A stretch of DNA of 63,803 nt, filler included, from Phoronis australis (Eukaryota; Animalia; Phoronida): NCBI GenBank assembly GCA_002633005.1. It is 9 parts of 9 records of this genome, joined end to end, with 100 filler letters (N's around TTAATTAATTAA, not from the genome) between each part and the next. Parts side by side here need not be neighbours in the genome. Positions count along the whole stretch, not along the records: positions 20,754 to 37,439 come from NMRA01000158.1; positions 37,540 to 40,136 come from NMRA01003571.1; 7 more parts are not named here. One strand, 5' to 3'. The notes below the pieces were generated by a model. The model worked only from the letters and a program-made list of their open reading frames with translations, was not told the DNA's origin and did no database searches. A program made the position numbers and the translations under genes. Each line of letters opens with the position of its first letter. The stretch's first letter is position 1. Of this stretch, positions 24,596 to 38,029 are shown piece by piece.

Positions 24596-24842
24596 GGGCC
24601 CGTTCCAACAAAACTGACTCAGCTAAGACAAATCTTAAGTTTTAGTGCATTTTAAGATAAAACTTAAATTTGTCTCGAGACCGTTTCAAGAAAGAGATTT
24701 TAAGTTTGAATTAAGTTTTTGTTAAAAGTTTGGTCTTAATTTTAACTATTTTACCGGATGTGGAAGTTTTAAAGTTTGGAAACTAGACAAATCTTAGACT
24801 TAAGTCAAAAATGAACTTAAGTCAGTTTCTTGGAACGGGCCC
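24596..24842. mobile_element. PIF/Harbinger-like MITE
   Basis: TIR GGGCCCGTTCCAA / TTGGAACGGGCCC, with a CAG duplication and repeated internal TTAAG motifs. Confidence 0.8.
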
Positions 24843-25043
24843 CAGGTCAGACTATATTTTCAGCCGTGAGTGGTTAGTTTTTGACTGAACTCTAGTTGAG
24901 ACGAGCGTTCACAGCAGTTTTACAGTCCTCACTCATGACGTGCACGCGCGTAATTTTTTGTTAGTGATGGACGCTTTTGATTCGTGACGTAAAGTGATTG
25001 GTGGCGCATTCTATACGTAGTTTTAAGTGACTCTAAGTACTCG

Positions 25044-25480
25044 AAGTAAGTAAGTGAGTAAGTAAGTAATTTAACATTTATTTCACACTGGTGGGAGTAT
25101 AAACAAGTACATTAACACATGGGCTAGTAACATGAAATTACAAAACTGTTTGCAAAAGATAAAAAGAGACTGTATACAGATAGACATATTAATTACAGAT
25201 AGGCACAACAAACCACGGATAGACTAAATAAATAATACAGGTAGACATAACAAATACCCATACGGATAGACATAATGAATATAGACATAATGAAGTGTAA
25301 AACTCATTCTGTGCTAATATGATGCACTGAGAAAATTGCGACATTCACTGGCACAGGTTTACAATATCAGTAGTGAAACTTTTAATGTCAGAGCAGCTTC
25401 TGAGGTAATCAGGTAGTGTGACTGAGAAATTTTGACAACCGGCGCAATCGTAACGGTAACTATGGGTACTACACTCCTTG
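25044..25480 (-). mobile_element. CR1/L2-like LINE 3' remnant
   Basis: The minus strand reads HSYRY...TLPDYLRSCSDIKSF (cf. SFRY..LWNxLP..R....F) and ends in AATAAA plus a (TTAC)n microsatellite tail. Confidence 0.55.
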
Positions 25481-26979
25481 CTACCACTCCGTTTCTGTCG
25501 TCTACTCCGAGTCCACTGATCAATAAAAAAAAATTTCTGTTGTCTACTCCACTGACACTGCAGTGAAAAAACTTTCTTCATTTTTTTAAAGAAAATGGAA
25601 GGTGAGTGACGATGAAGAAACAGCAGCTGTTGGTAAGTTGTAAATTTTAATCGAGGCTTTAGTGAATCACTCAGGAACTCATAATTCGCTCTTTGTCAAA
25701 CATTAAAATTAAGACGATTTGCAAAGTAAGACCGTAGTTAATGGAAAATGGATTTGGTCTTTTGGGGAACTTAATACTGTTTTAAACACAACTTTTGCTA
25801 CAAACTGATTGCACAAAACATAAAGCGTGTAACAAATATTACGGAAAGAAGCAGGTTCGCACGTGAGCCAGTGAGCGCAGTCCTGGTACTGCCTTCCTGC
25901 TAGCGACATCTGTTAAATAGAAGCGCGGTAGTGAAATGGAAGAGTACTGTTCCCGCTAACCTATAGGCCGTTCGTGAGTTCACACTTTTACGAATTCTCC
26001 ATTTTTAATCACAAACGGCAATACCGCGGTTAAACAGTTTTTAAACTTTAAAACAAGAATTGTTAATTTGTTTGTTTAAAAATCTGAACTGCGCATGGAA
26101 ATTGTGGATGACCAATAAATGATGTCATACACAGGCAGAGTGTTGTCATATACCGGTATACAACAATGAGCGTCGTCTCTAGTTGAATTACAGAGTCTCT
26201 ACTGGCAAGCTAGAGACGGTGGTCACAGTCAAATACTGGTATGAATAAGTCACTTGAGTTTGCCGTTGACTTCATGTTTGCCTAGGGACAAAAGATACGT
26301 AGCAGATGAAATTCTAGAATCAAGGGAGTTTTTAATGGCAACTTGACGAGTTGAAAAGTTGCCGTGCGGCCAGGTCGGAATCCAGCAGAATGCGGCGATC
26401 TGGCCGGGTCGTGGGATTTTGCAGTGCCGCGCTGACCTGGGCAAATCAGAGCCGCCGAAGGCTGATTATACTTTAAAAATCTAAGAAAATGCTTATTTTC
26501 AGAGGCAAAAACAAAATTTTGCCCTTGACGGAAGAGGGAAACCCCCTCCCGACCTCTTCCCCCATTCCTCGGCTAGCTATCCGCCAATTATCTTGTATTT
26601 CGTGGACGTTACTAGATAGATATATTTGGAACATGAGAGAAAAATGTTCCAGGTACTTTTAAGACTTTAATTTCCGCTTTGCGTTTTTGTCGTAAGGTAG
26701 GACGAGAACCGTAATTGACAGCGGAAGAGGCGTTTGCGTGGGTTTGAGGTTCTCTCTGACAAAATCCATCGCTCCGTGATTATTGATTCGGAAGAGAGGA
26801 GATCCGATACTGACACCCCAGCTTGACACAGTTGATGGATGCCACAAGCATTGCCTCTTCGTCCCTCGCAGCGATGCCAGCGCTAGCAAAGAGCAAGCCT
26901 ACTCCGGCCTAATGAGAAAGACACGCTCATTTGACTGAATGTAGCCTACGTTCCAGAGTCTTACAAATAGACTCCGATA

Positions 26980-27568
26980 GACCCAAGAATTAGGTGGCTT
27001 CATTTACCGTTCTTGAAGAGAATTTTGACCACTAATCATTTTTAAAAATAATTCAAGTTACGGATGACGACTCTTGTTGCTTTTGTGGACAAACGAAAGA
27101 GACTTTGAAACACTCTTTTGGCTTATTTTAGGAATGTGAAATAGTAAATTCATTTTGGACAAAAGTTAATAATGAAATTTTAAACAAAGCAAATCCCCAG
27201 TGTGTCGGCACTCTCTCCTGCAACAATGTTATTTTTGCCTTCTTTATAGAAAGGAATTTTTTAAAAACAACGTTTTGTTATTGGGTAAACAGTTTATTTA
27301 TACCCAAAAGTTCGGATCAAAAAGATTACTTCTAAGTAGATTTTTAACTTCATCAAACAATGTTATATGAGTGAAAAAAGCATAGTGCTCGTAAGGATTT
27401 GAATTCAGAATTTGTAAAAAAAGATGGTGTAATTGTGAAACTGTTTTTTAGTAGTCAAGAGAATTAGGTGTGGGGTATGCACGTGTGTGTGCGTGTCCGT
27501 CTGTGTTAAGTTGTTCTTAGTTTTGTGTTATTGTAATTGTGTTCATTTCTAATAAATGTATAAAAAAC
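26980..27568 (+). mobile_element. 5'-truncated, decayed L1/Tx1 LINE 3' end with target-site duplication
   Basis: Encodes broken RIRWL..KRILTTN and SCCFCGQTKETLKH..ECEIVNSFW (CCHC knuckle) plus LGKQFIY. AATAAA at 27551 is followed by an A-rich tail. The direct repeat AGACTCCGATA flanks it at 26969-26979 and 27569-27579. Confidence 0.85.
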
Positions 27569-27729
27569 AGACTCCGATACATAAATTAAGGCCAGCGGCC
27601 TGAATCGATCTGTCATATCTGAGACAGCTATACAATCAACGTGCATTGCCGGGCCCACTAATACTATGAGGGATGAGTTGGTTTTTCATTTGCGTGTATG
27701 TGGGTGCCAATCTCAGTGGGCGCCACCGG

Positions 27730-27889
27730 CAGGGGCGGATCCAGGATTTTGAGTTAGGGGGAGCCAGGGCAGAGTATTAGCCAGGATGTTGCCCGTGAGA
27801 CATTCGCACCTCCCGTGAACTGCCAAATGGAATCTGGAAGATTTTTAAGGGGGCCATGGCCCCCTTGGCCCCCTCTAAATCTGCCTCTG
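27730..27889. mobile_element. 160-bp hAT-like MITE with 5-bp TSD
   Basis: Ends CAGGGGCGGAT / ATCTGCCTCTG, with ACCGG on both sides. Confidence 0.8.
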
Positions 27890-28326
27890 ACCGGGGCTAT
27901 CTCTTGCACGGGCTTGACTTTTCCTAGGATCTTCGTTGTGAGACGCCCAGTTAATAATGATGACGAATACCATAGACATCTTAATATTAATGTACTGTGA
28001 GGCATACCGTACACGTAGTTTAAACATTGCCCAATTAATAACACTTCAACTCGAGGGTGCATGATTGAAAAGATTGCAACTACATTCAAATAATTTATTA
28101 CTAGGTACTCAGGTGAGCGCTCCCTGTTTTTTTATCGTTTCCCCTGGAACAATAAACTGAAATTATTTCCACGACGGCAACACCACGAGCTCCAAACTGA
28201 GCTCGCACCTCTAGTTGTACACTCAAAGCGCTTATGATTTTCAAGGCGCCTCAAATTCCCTGTTCGGTCACAAGATGTCTCTAGTGTCGTACAGGAAGAA
28301 GTTATAGATCTCGAATCGCAAAAATC

Positions 28327-31300
28327 ATGGGCTCTGATGTGAGGTTTCTTCCTCAGTTTGCGAAATATGTTGATGTTTTGTGCAAATACAAAGGCCTGGG
28401 AATAGGGTCAGGATCTGTGCGAGTTAAAGATATAAATTCTGGGTATGATTTATCGAATTTTGTGGTCCCGTTCTGAAACCCACTGTCCGTCAGTGTAACT
28501 GGCACTGCAGATTTGATTACACAGTGACTGTCAGTGTCAGTGGTCAATGCAGGAGAACGGTTCTCATTGAGAATCTTTTTCAGGGACCAACCTATCCATT
28601 ACGAGGATTCAAAACACACTGTGTTTGGTAATATCATTTCTTGACTGAGACAGTTATAGTTTATGATTTTACGTATTGCTCTAACTCACTCATTTGTCTG
28701 CGACAGATCAGTTCAGGCGATGAATGATTGAATGTGAGTCAATCGGTGAATCACTGATTCAGTGAAAACTCACTGGCACTGCAGTACGGTAAAAGTTGAG
28801 TATGTAGTAGGGTCTCAACAGTTTTCACTGAATATCGTCATTCAGTAAAAACTGGTTCCCGGCTACAGCCATTTTGAAGAGGGACGCGTTTACTCCACTT
28901 TTACTCTTAAAATAGCAGGCGTATTCGGTTAGAGTTGGCTTCCCTCATTGTTATGCGTTCCACTCCTTGCATGTGTCAGTTTTGACAGGTTCCCTCTCTG
29001 CGCTGCCTCCTCTGGGGGTGGTTGGCAGATGGTTGACCTCTCCATAACCCTCTGTACATTTCCGTTTGACCTCGAGCATATTGACTGTAATGACTTTCAG
29101 TATTCAATTTTGTTGACTGAATGTAGAACTATTTGACAAAAAATTGATTGCGGGAGAATTTGGTCGTAAGGATGGTGTTCATCTACACTCAAAAGGCGTA
29201 AATAGTAACGTAATATAGTGAGTGCTGTTGCTAATGGTGGATATGAGGATTAGATAAATTCAAGGCCCTGTGGGCCCTACCATATTCAAACCTTTCAGAA
29301 ATCCTGTATCTGTTCCTGTTGCCATGTTACTATGGTATGAGTAATCCTTTCCTTATTTCTCTTCAGGATGCTCTCCCACAGCTCTTACAGTTGTTACCGT
29401 GGTGACCGGTTCAAGCTCTTAATCCCATATGCTGGTAAATCTCTAACATGTAAGTGACTATATCACTTCTTTAATGATCATTGCCTTTGTTGCAGTATTT
29501 ACTCAGCAATTACCTTCACCTTTTGTCAAAAGGATTGTTTTTACTTTGTTCCTTACTCAGATTAAAGCTCATGTCAGGCTTGGAAAGAACTGGCAACTAT
29601 TTTTTTCAGACCAGGGTAATCAATTTAGTGGTCATGGCCAGTTATTCATAGCCTATGAAACACTATGGTCACCAAGGGAATTCTGTGTATTTTTATAACA
29701 AAATTTCAACTCGAATATAAGATAAGTATGAGATTGTGATGGAGCTTTGAGAGACCCAAAGGCTTGTGAAAACAGTTGTTTTTGATGGCACAAAAAAGTG
29801 TATTGTTGTGGCTTTAAATAAAACAAATAGCTCTGTAAAGAAACTGTTTTTGACACCAGAACGTGATGAATAATGACTTTCAATAACGTTTGTTCAACTT
29901 CAGGTGCGGGTATCTGTCAGCTACAATAATACATACTGTGGTCAACTCACTCACAATAAACAGGCAGTTAGACAACGTAAACTATGGTTGTTTTGCAGGG
30001 GAAGTGCTCTTAAATGGGCTGATTCCTGATGAACCTCCAGACTTCATCTTTGATCCAGAAGATGCTTCATTTGAACCTAATTTTGATAACTTACCAGTGA
30101 GTATCATGTTTACTTTTTACCTTGCATCTGTTTCCAGTAAGATAAAAATTAACTCAATGTATACATTTTCTGTTTGTAAAAACCTTGCCAAATTTCATTT
30201 TTGACTTTGTATCAAATCTGTTATTTACAGGGCCATGTGACTACATCTTGTTATTGAAGTTAAGCAGCAAAGAAATGTTCATAGAAAAATATTCTTATTA
30301 AAACACAACAAAATTTCTTTTGATGTAAATGTTCGAGATGACATTTTTAAAATTTTGTTGCAGTTTTCTAAATAACCATAATTTTGTTTTCTTTAATGCA
30401 AATTTGTAAATTTTGGGTCTTAATGTGAAGCACTCGAAAGTTCTTTCTGGAAATGTGGAACAGTTTAAAAACAATTCCTAGCAATGTTGTAGAAAACAGT
30501 GCCTAAAACTGATCAGCCTTTCTGAGATGTGACCCAAAGTCAGCCAAATTTTGGAATTTTTGGACAGTTTTGCTTGTTAAGTTGTTCAAACAGGTAAAGT
30601 GGCTCTCATTGGTCTTGGTAAACCTGGAAATTGACTGTTGCCAAGCTTGGTAATCTTATGGAAATAAAATAGGGTAAAAAATATTAAAGTCTGCATAAGA
30701 TTCATAATAGTATTTGGCAAAATCGAAATATGCTCCAAAATGAGCTAAAATTTGGGAACATTAATTTGTTGGAAAATGAAAATTACTCTGAAAAACTTTT
30801 TGATTACACTTGGAACATGTAGGCATAGTATGAATGAGAACCATTGCAGTTGTGGAACTACCTGTTTGCTTCTTCTAGATTTACTGTCTTTTTACTTCAG
30901 AGTCTTTTAAAGTGGGACCATGAGAATGCCCACTCACTGCTGAATGTCATACAAGAACTTCTGGCAGAGTACAAGCGTTACCAGCTGAGTCTAATAGAAC
31001 CAAACAGTCGCCTGATGTGGGAATACTCTTCACTCATAGAGACAGAATATCGTGAAGAGGATGTTGAAGTACATGTCACAACGAAACCTGGGGTTAGTCT
31101 AGTTTTCATAAAGTGGCTGTACACCTGTGCTTTCCGTCCAAGAAACAACCTTTTGAATGAGGCCATTTACCAGTGTGGAATTGGTTTCAACTTGTCCCTT
31201 ACTCAGATGAGAACCGATTTCCGGGTTTGCGAAGATCTTCCATTTCCCTATTCCTTGAGACAATTTTCAGCGCATAAAATGACGCACCATGAAAAATAAT

Positions 31301-34300
31301 ATATAGTCTGGTCTCAAGCTTTTTCAAATTGTCAGTTTTTTCAAAGCCTGGAAATCACCTCGAATTTAACTAAGGAACAATTTGGGACCAGTCTATGGTG
31401 GTTAGTGGTCTGAATCAGAAGTTGGTTTTGGGGATGCAAAGCAGGTTTTATGGTTCTTTTAATATTTGTTTTTTTATTTTTAAGCTGCATTCATTGCAGA
31501 AGTAGTGAACTGGTAATTTTAAAGCCAGCTAAAACAATGATTTTGATGTATTTTGTTCTTGACTGATCTTTATTATTTTAATCAACGTTCATTTGAATGA
31601 ATAGATTATTGAAAAAAATAGAATCAGAGTTTTCCAACATACTTTCAGAATATGCAGATGAGTTTACATCAGCTTTGTGATGAAATGAGTATGCCAGAAG
31701 TTTTAATATTTCTTAAAATCCTTAAATGCAAAGTCCCAATATGCACAATACAGAACTACTCATATTTTTATGCTGGATGAGAAAGTGACTATTAATGTAA
31801 CACCTATTGCCATTGCAGAGTCGATATTCTCAAATGAACTTCCTTATAAAACTGCCTGTGGATTTCTCAGAAATACCAGCATATCTTTGTAAGGTGAGTT
31901 TACAACGTGTAGGCAATAACGGATCACTTTAACTTGCACAAACATAAGAAAACAACAGGTCGAGCAACAGAATCCTGCAGTAAATGCTTGATGTAAGATG
32001 AAACAACAGGTCAAGCAACAGAATCCTGCAGTAAATGCTTGATGTAAGATGAAACAACAGGTCAAGCAACAGAATCCTGCAGTAAATGCTTGATGTAAGA
32101 TGAAACATCAGGACACCATGTTGGTCAGTGTTTCAGTTACCAAAGCATTGGAAAAGATTGCTTTGGAGGTGAAGCAGTTTCAGTGAAAACTGTCGTAGCT
32201 AACAAAAACATTAAACACTTGCAAAATTGCTTAAGCAGACTGGTAGACTTGCCGCGTATGAGCAGTGAAATTAAAGTACAGTGTCTGTTACACTGGGCTC
32301 AGAAGGCCTAATTAACATGTCGGCCTTTCTGTTTTGCGTACTTTATTTCACAAAATTCCGACACCACTGTCCCACTATTATTATAAAGTTTAGAAAATGT
32401 TTAGCTTGCACATATCATTACATTGAATACATTGTCGTTGACCTTATACACTGTGTCCTGATTCCAGTAGGGGAGTTTTGATTATGCTTTGATTCTTTAT
32501 TTAAAACCTAATCTATAAGTTTTTGATAAATATGCTGGTGTATCATAACTGCTTATAGTTAAACTAGTTATCTAAAAATAATTCTCAATGTTATCATTTT
32601 TTATTTTTTAAATACTGACTGTCTCCCTTAAAATAATCAAATTTTTATTGTTTGATGTTATTTTATCAGATGCACTGTACAAAACCTTGATAATTCTAGT
32701 AAAAATATTTTGATGGATGTCTTTGATAAAAAAATTTTTACAAAATAAAATTCCACTTGTCCGCGATGTTGCTTGCTGAGTAGGTGATTAGTTACTGCAC
32801 CATGTAAACTGCTGTTCACATGGCCATTTGTGTTAAATATATTGTTGCACCACCAAAACTGTTGTTCACATGGTTATTTGTGTAAGTGTACTGTTGACAT
32901 ATGATTTCTAGTTCGCATGACAGATGGCGTCATCTGTCACAGTTTTGTTTTCAATCGCTAAAACTGATTGTGCACAGTAAACTTGAAGCGTTATGTCTGG
33001 TGTGCATTGTGTTAGTAACTGATCTGTATAAGTAAAAATTATTAGTTCCATACACGCCACCTGTTGGTCTCATCACATGACCTAAAGTTAAGTCTGAAAA
33101 GAACTCTGTATGAGACTTATAATTCTTACTTTATATGTATGTCAACACGCTGATTACTTATAAATGGAACTGCTTATTTCAACTGTCTTAGGACAATCCT
33201 GGTGAAGATTCTGCTCTTCTCCACGTCAAGTTCTCAACAGATGGCTCACGAACTGTGCCGCACCTTTATCTATCTCCTCGTGTTGAAAAGTAAGTGGAAA
33301 AAGTTAGAAAAATGTGAACAAGTTTAAGATGTAGCTATTAACCCTTGTTCCGTCCAAGAAGCGAACTTTTGATTTAGGCTGTAATAGTCGCTATAAAATT
33401 GTAATCAAAATTTTTTTTACTCTGATGAGTTGTGATTTCTGAGTTTGTACAGATCTGTCAGTTAGTAATTCATCAAATTCATGTTCAGTACATAAAATGA
33501 CACACTGTAAACCAAATTGTAAAGTCTAACGTCAACCAATAATGAACTGTTAGCTTTTTCAAAGCCCTGTCATCATCTCCAGTTTGACTAAGGAACAACT
33601 TGTAACTGCTTCCACTACAGTAAATGATTCTAAATCAAAAGTTGTTTTTTGTCATGGAGGGCGGGTTTATAGCTGCTTTAAAAGCATTTTGTTATCTCTC
33701 AAAGCTCGGGTGGTAAAAATTCACACGATACTATGATTTAGCCTTGGTGGTAAATGTCTACTTGAAGATTTGAAAAGAATGCCAAGTGTGGAGATGGGTT
33801 TCCTTTTGTCATCAGAAGCCACGATGCCTTCAGACAGAGCTTTCATTGTTTTGTGACTGTTATAGTAATGTCAGTTGATCTTCTTCATTTACAGTGACAT
33901 GATGACCGTTCTAATGATAAAATTAATTAGTTTTCAAGAGATTGAAGCCAGTCATTTAATTGGGCATCTACCTGATTTTCCTTAATGAGTGCCTTAGGTG
34001 AAAATGCTTTGCTACTGCTAAGAAAATACATGTTTGGAGAATGGAACCGGTAGTTATTCAATCTTTATCCGCTTTTGGTTGGTTTTTAAGTCTGTTCACA
34101 ACATGGGCATGTACCCCGTAAGTCGAGACGTGACTGAATACTGACAAATTCTTGATAAGCTTTCCACCTTTTGAATGGCATGTGGTGAAAATGGACATCT
34201 GTCAGGGAGCTTAGTTTTGGAAAGCTAAAAACTCCCATGAGCACTCATTAGGGCGTGGTTACGTGTCAAGGCCAATACAGCAACACAAGGTGTTTGTATG

Positions 34301-36356
34301 AGTCGTGGTTTCCCAGCATCAGTTGGGCATTAGCTGTGTGTAAGACACACGATACTTCATTTCAGTTGCCTTGGTGGTTCCTCCAGTCTCAGGATACCCG
34401 TCTTTCCCAGTGGAGTCTGTCTCCTGGACTATGTGCCCTCTGTAGTTGAACTGCTGTCTAACCATGTCCGTCAAATTGTTCAAGGCTTCCGAAAAAGAAG
34501 AGAATACATCAGTGCTTTGCTAGCTGTGTTCAGTGGGTAAGAATTCATGCTAAGTTTTTGGCAATAGCCACTGACGTGGGTCCAGAATTTTGGGAACCAG
34601 GTTGACTCCCGTTATTCAGTAGAAATACTGGTTCTCAAAATGCGAGACCACTGTAAGTGACTATTACTGACTTTTTTCAAGATTGGGGAATCCTTTGCTT
34701 ATTGCAAGCAATTGGAGTATCCAAAGCTTTTCCATATGTTTGACTGCCGTTTTACCTTAGGTAGAAAAAGAGGAGGCAGTGTGGCCTAGTGTGATAGGTG
34801 CCTGCTTTCTGTACTCGAGGTCGTGGGTTCGAGTCCCACTGGGACACACTGCTAGACCCTTGAGTCAGGTTTCTAGCTCTTCAGTTTGGTTTTAACTATA
34901 TGTTAATAAAGCACCAGAATGGGTCCACATGATCAATCCAGTGGGCCCACGTGAGCAGCCTGCACATGCCTAGTGCAATGCATACCGGACCACCTGTAAT
35001 GTTGAAGTCACTTTTCTATGTAAATGACTTGAATTGCAGTAGCTGCTGACAACAGTTTTTCCAGTATACTGTTATGCATTTGAATAGTAACATGGAACAT
35101 TAGCCCACAGACACTCCCTTGCTGGGGAACTGCTGTCTCCTCTCAGTCTATTGTTAGAAGTGTGAACCTTTATTTATTAACACCACTGTTGTACATAAAG
35201 TCTTCCATTATTTAAGTTGGGTCTTTTTAGAGCCTCTAAAACTACTGAAAAATATCAGTATTCTGTTGTACCTTTCAAGATGTTTTACACAATACAAAGT
35301 TAGGTGTAACTGTCAGTTTCAATGCTGGCATTTTTTGCACTTGCGTTTTTTAAGATATAACTGTTTTAATTTACTTATATTTTAGGTCTGTTTTAGAATT
35401 CGACACAGAGGGATTTACAAAAATATCGTTTCTGCTTGAGTATTTGGATTTTTACTTTGTGCTTCACTGTAAGTATTCATTTTGGTGATCCTTGGTAATT
35501 TCAAACTTTCTTAAGTCAGTGCCAGCACAAGTTATTTTTCTGACGGATTTGACAACTGTAGCTGCCTCTATGTGTCATCTCAGTCTATACCAAGGCATCC
35601 TTTTCTGAGTGGTATCCTAGAGCCATTGATTAAATTTGACAGTGTACATATATGATGAGAAGGGGTTAGTATGGGTCAAAGTTTTTATAGCGTTGGTTAT
35701 GTCATACAGTACACGACAAAAGTAATCACACAAAGTACCATTTTCAACATCATTACGTCTTATTGCACTTGTTTCTCCTTAACCCCAGCAGGATCTTTGT
35801 GACAATGGATGACATCTTTTGAACGTGTCTGACTATACCGTTGTGCCGCCTAGTGCCCCTTTAATTTATTTGTGATCTTGGCAGGTGTGTTTCTGTTGAG
35901 GAGAGCATTGCTGACCCGCTATCTACCCCCTATAGTCTATGTTATGTTTACTAGGATTACTCCCTTTTGTTGGAATGCATGAAATAGTAATCTTCCTTTG
36001 TATTTGTTTTATGCATGATGCACATGGCGGATGCATATCAATGCTCTGTGTAACACTGAATTTCTAAAACCCTGTGATGGTTCACACAAACGTTGTCTTT
36101 AGACATTTTAATTAAAATTAAATATTAAAGTATTGAATATTTCTATGGAGACAGTTATCTTAGAGACTTTGTTGTTGCAAGGATGTTTTTGTTGTACATT
36201 AAATTCCTTTGTTTCAGTTGACTTGCCACTGTTTTTCCCTATTGAGCAACCAACGTTAACTCTGCAGTCTGTCTACAGAGAAAATTACGTTAAGAAAATC
36301 ACCGATTATCCGTACAGCCCACGCTGGAGCGGACCAGATATGGCTGAAAGGGTCAA
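28327..36356 (+). CDS. BABAM2: BRISC and BRCA1-A complex member 2 (BRE/BRCC45), 9 coding exons; last exon not found before the contig end
   Basis: Exons 28327-28442, 29367-29449 ([16 protein letters not shown]), 29999-30096 (PDEPPDFIF), 30901-31092 (SRLMWEY), 31819-31893 ([16 protein letters not shown]), 33192-33289 ([20 protein letters not shown]), 34366-34536 ([25 protein letters not shown]), 35386-35468 ([11 protein letters not shown]) and 36218-36356 ([27 protein letters not shown]). All are GT-AG and in phase, and the motifs are colinear with human BRE as recalled. Confidence 0.96.
31950..32112. repeat. 51-bp minisatellite, ~3.2 copies, in a BABAM2 intron
   Basis: Unit AAACAACAGGTCRAGCAACAGAATCCTGCAGTAAATGCTTGATGTAAGATG starts at 31950, 32001 and 32052, with a partial copy at 32103. 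Confidence 0.95.
34773..34880 (+). mobile_element. tRNA-derived SINE head
   Basis: A-box-like TGGCCTAGTG and B-box GGTTCGAGTCCC, followed by CCCTTGAGTCAGG, which resembles SINE body motifs. No intact cloverleaf. Confidence 0.55.
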
Positions 36357-36938
36357 GTGAGTAAGATAGATTACCTTGTACACTCTTCCAAAAATCCCTA
36401 CATCAACGCTAAATTTAGTTGTGAGGACCTAATTCCAATCACCAAAGTGTGTCACGCAAGAGACCAGAGATCTAAGTTTTGAAACTCTTATTTCCTCGTT
36501 TAACTTAAAGGTTAGATAGCTGACAGGTCCACTTCAATCATTGTTTAACAGTGATATCGTGTTGCACAACAGCAGAATGAAAGAGAAGAAACATTCATGA
36601 AATGGTTTGCAATGTTATCGTTTCAACTTTATCCTGAATACTGGATTATGGTGTCCTTTTGGATACGTTTGTGGAATTTAGATTGCTAGTCTGGGGTTTG
36701 ATACTGTACATCTTGTGTTTGCTGGTCAGGGATTGCATTTGGAGGACTGAGATTGAAGCGCAAAATGGTTACCTGCAGTTGTACTGTGAGTGGGCCATGG
36801 TTTCCTGGTCTGCCATGAATCTCATTGTCGTGGAAGAATTCACTTCCTGGGCAGATATTGCTGGCCAAACTGTATTTATTTTGAAGTAAACGAGAGAAAT
36901 TTTCTAATTAAACCGATAAATCAATAAAGGGTCATAAC

Positions 36939-37439
36939 TTTTATTAATGCGCCCACATATTTATATGTGGACGCATTATGCTGTCATCTCCGTCCGTCCG
37001 TCCGGCGTCTGCTGCTTTATCTCCAAAACCCTTTGACATACATTCATGAAATTTGGCACACATGTTCCATTCATGATTGGGACGGAATGTGCAAACTTTC
37101 GGACGGATCCGACTGCCGGTGTGCCCCCTAAGGGCAATTTTAGTTTTTTACGCTTACCTTTGTATATTCAAAAGTCCTGAATAGATTTTCATGAAATATG
37201 TAGGCACCTATTAGTGAGATGACGCTATCCTCCTGTTTTCAGATGGATTCGACATAGTTTGCGCCACCTAGTGGCCATTTTTAGTGTTTTCAAGTATGTG
37301 TTTGTGCGTCCACCCCTCTATCAACCAAACCGCTCAAAGGATGATTGTGAAAATTGGCATGTATATGCTTACTATGTAGAGGACGGTTGATGATGATTTT
37401 CCGACGATTTCGACTATTGTGGCGCCTCCTAGTGGCAGT
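36939..37439 (+). mobile_element. Helentron/HINE (DINE-1-like) element, truncated by contig end
   Basis: TTTT start, subterminal hairpin and (CCGT)n, followed by degenerate internal repeats with GCGCCNCCTAGTGG and CATGAAATTTGGCA motifs. Confidence 0.6.
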
Positions 37440-38029
37440 NNNNNNNNNNNNNNNNNNNNNNNNNNNNNNNNNNNNNNNNNNNNTTAATTAATTAANNNNN
37501 NNNNNNNNNNNNNNNNNNNNNNNNNNNNNNNNNNNNNNNAGACATATATTATGGCACTTTCTGGATGACCAATTTGTTTAGAAATCATTGGAAGTCCGTT
37601 GTGTCGTGGAGCTGTTTGAAACGCCGTATTTTGTATGGCTAAGAATTGGTTTGTGTGTTTGATAGTAAGTAAGAAATCCACTCGACTATTAGATAATATT
37701 AAAGGCCCTTAATTGTGCAGAATTTTGTCGAAAAAGAACCCTTTCGTATAGGGAATGAAAGTCTTCCATCTGCAGAATTTTGTCGGAAAAGAACCCTTTC
37801 GTAGGGAAATGAGTCTTCCCTCTAAACGGTACGTCCTGTGAGAAGCAATTCTTCATGAAAGTGCAATAACTTTAATGGAAAAGAGATGATAAAACTTTTC
37901 ACGATTACTTTCATATATACCGATGTACAATGTCATAGCTAAATTTCAGTCAAGCATCTAACATCATCAGTCATAAAAAACCGTAAATGGTTCCACTGTG
38001 AACTACAATACATCACCTCACAACTGGTA

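Noticed and set aside
31950-32112. Regularly spaced repeats resembling a CRISPR array
   Set aside because: The units are contiguous 51-bp tandem copies with no unique spacers, there are no cas genes, and the repeat sits in a eukaryotic intron.
34773-34850. Functional tRNA gene (also 16808-16866 and a B-box at ~5423)
   Set aside because: Acceptor and D stems do not pair properly, so these are better explained as SINE heads.
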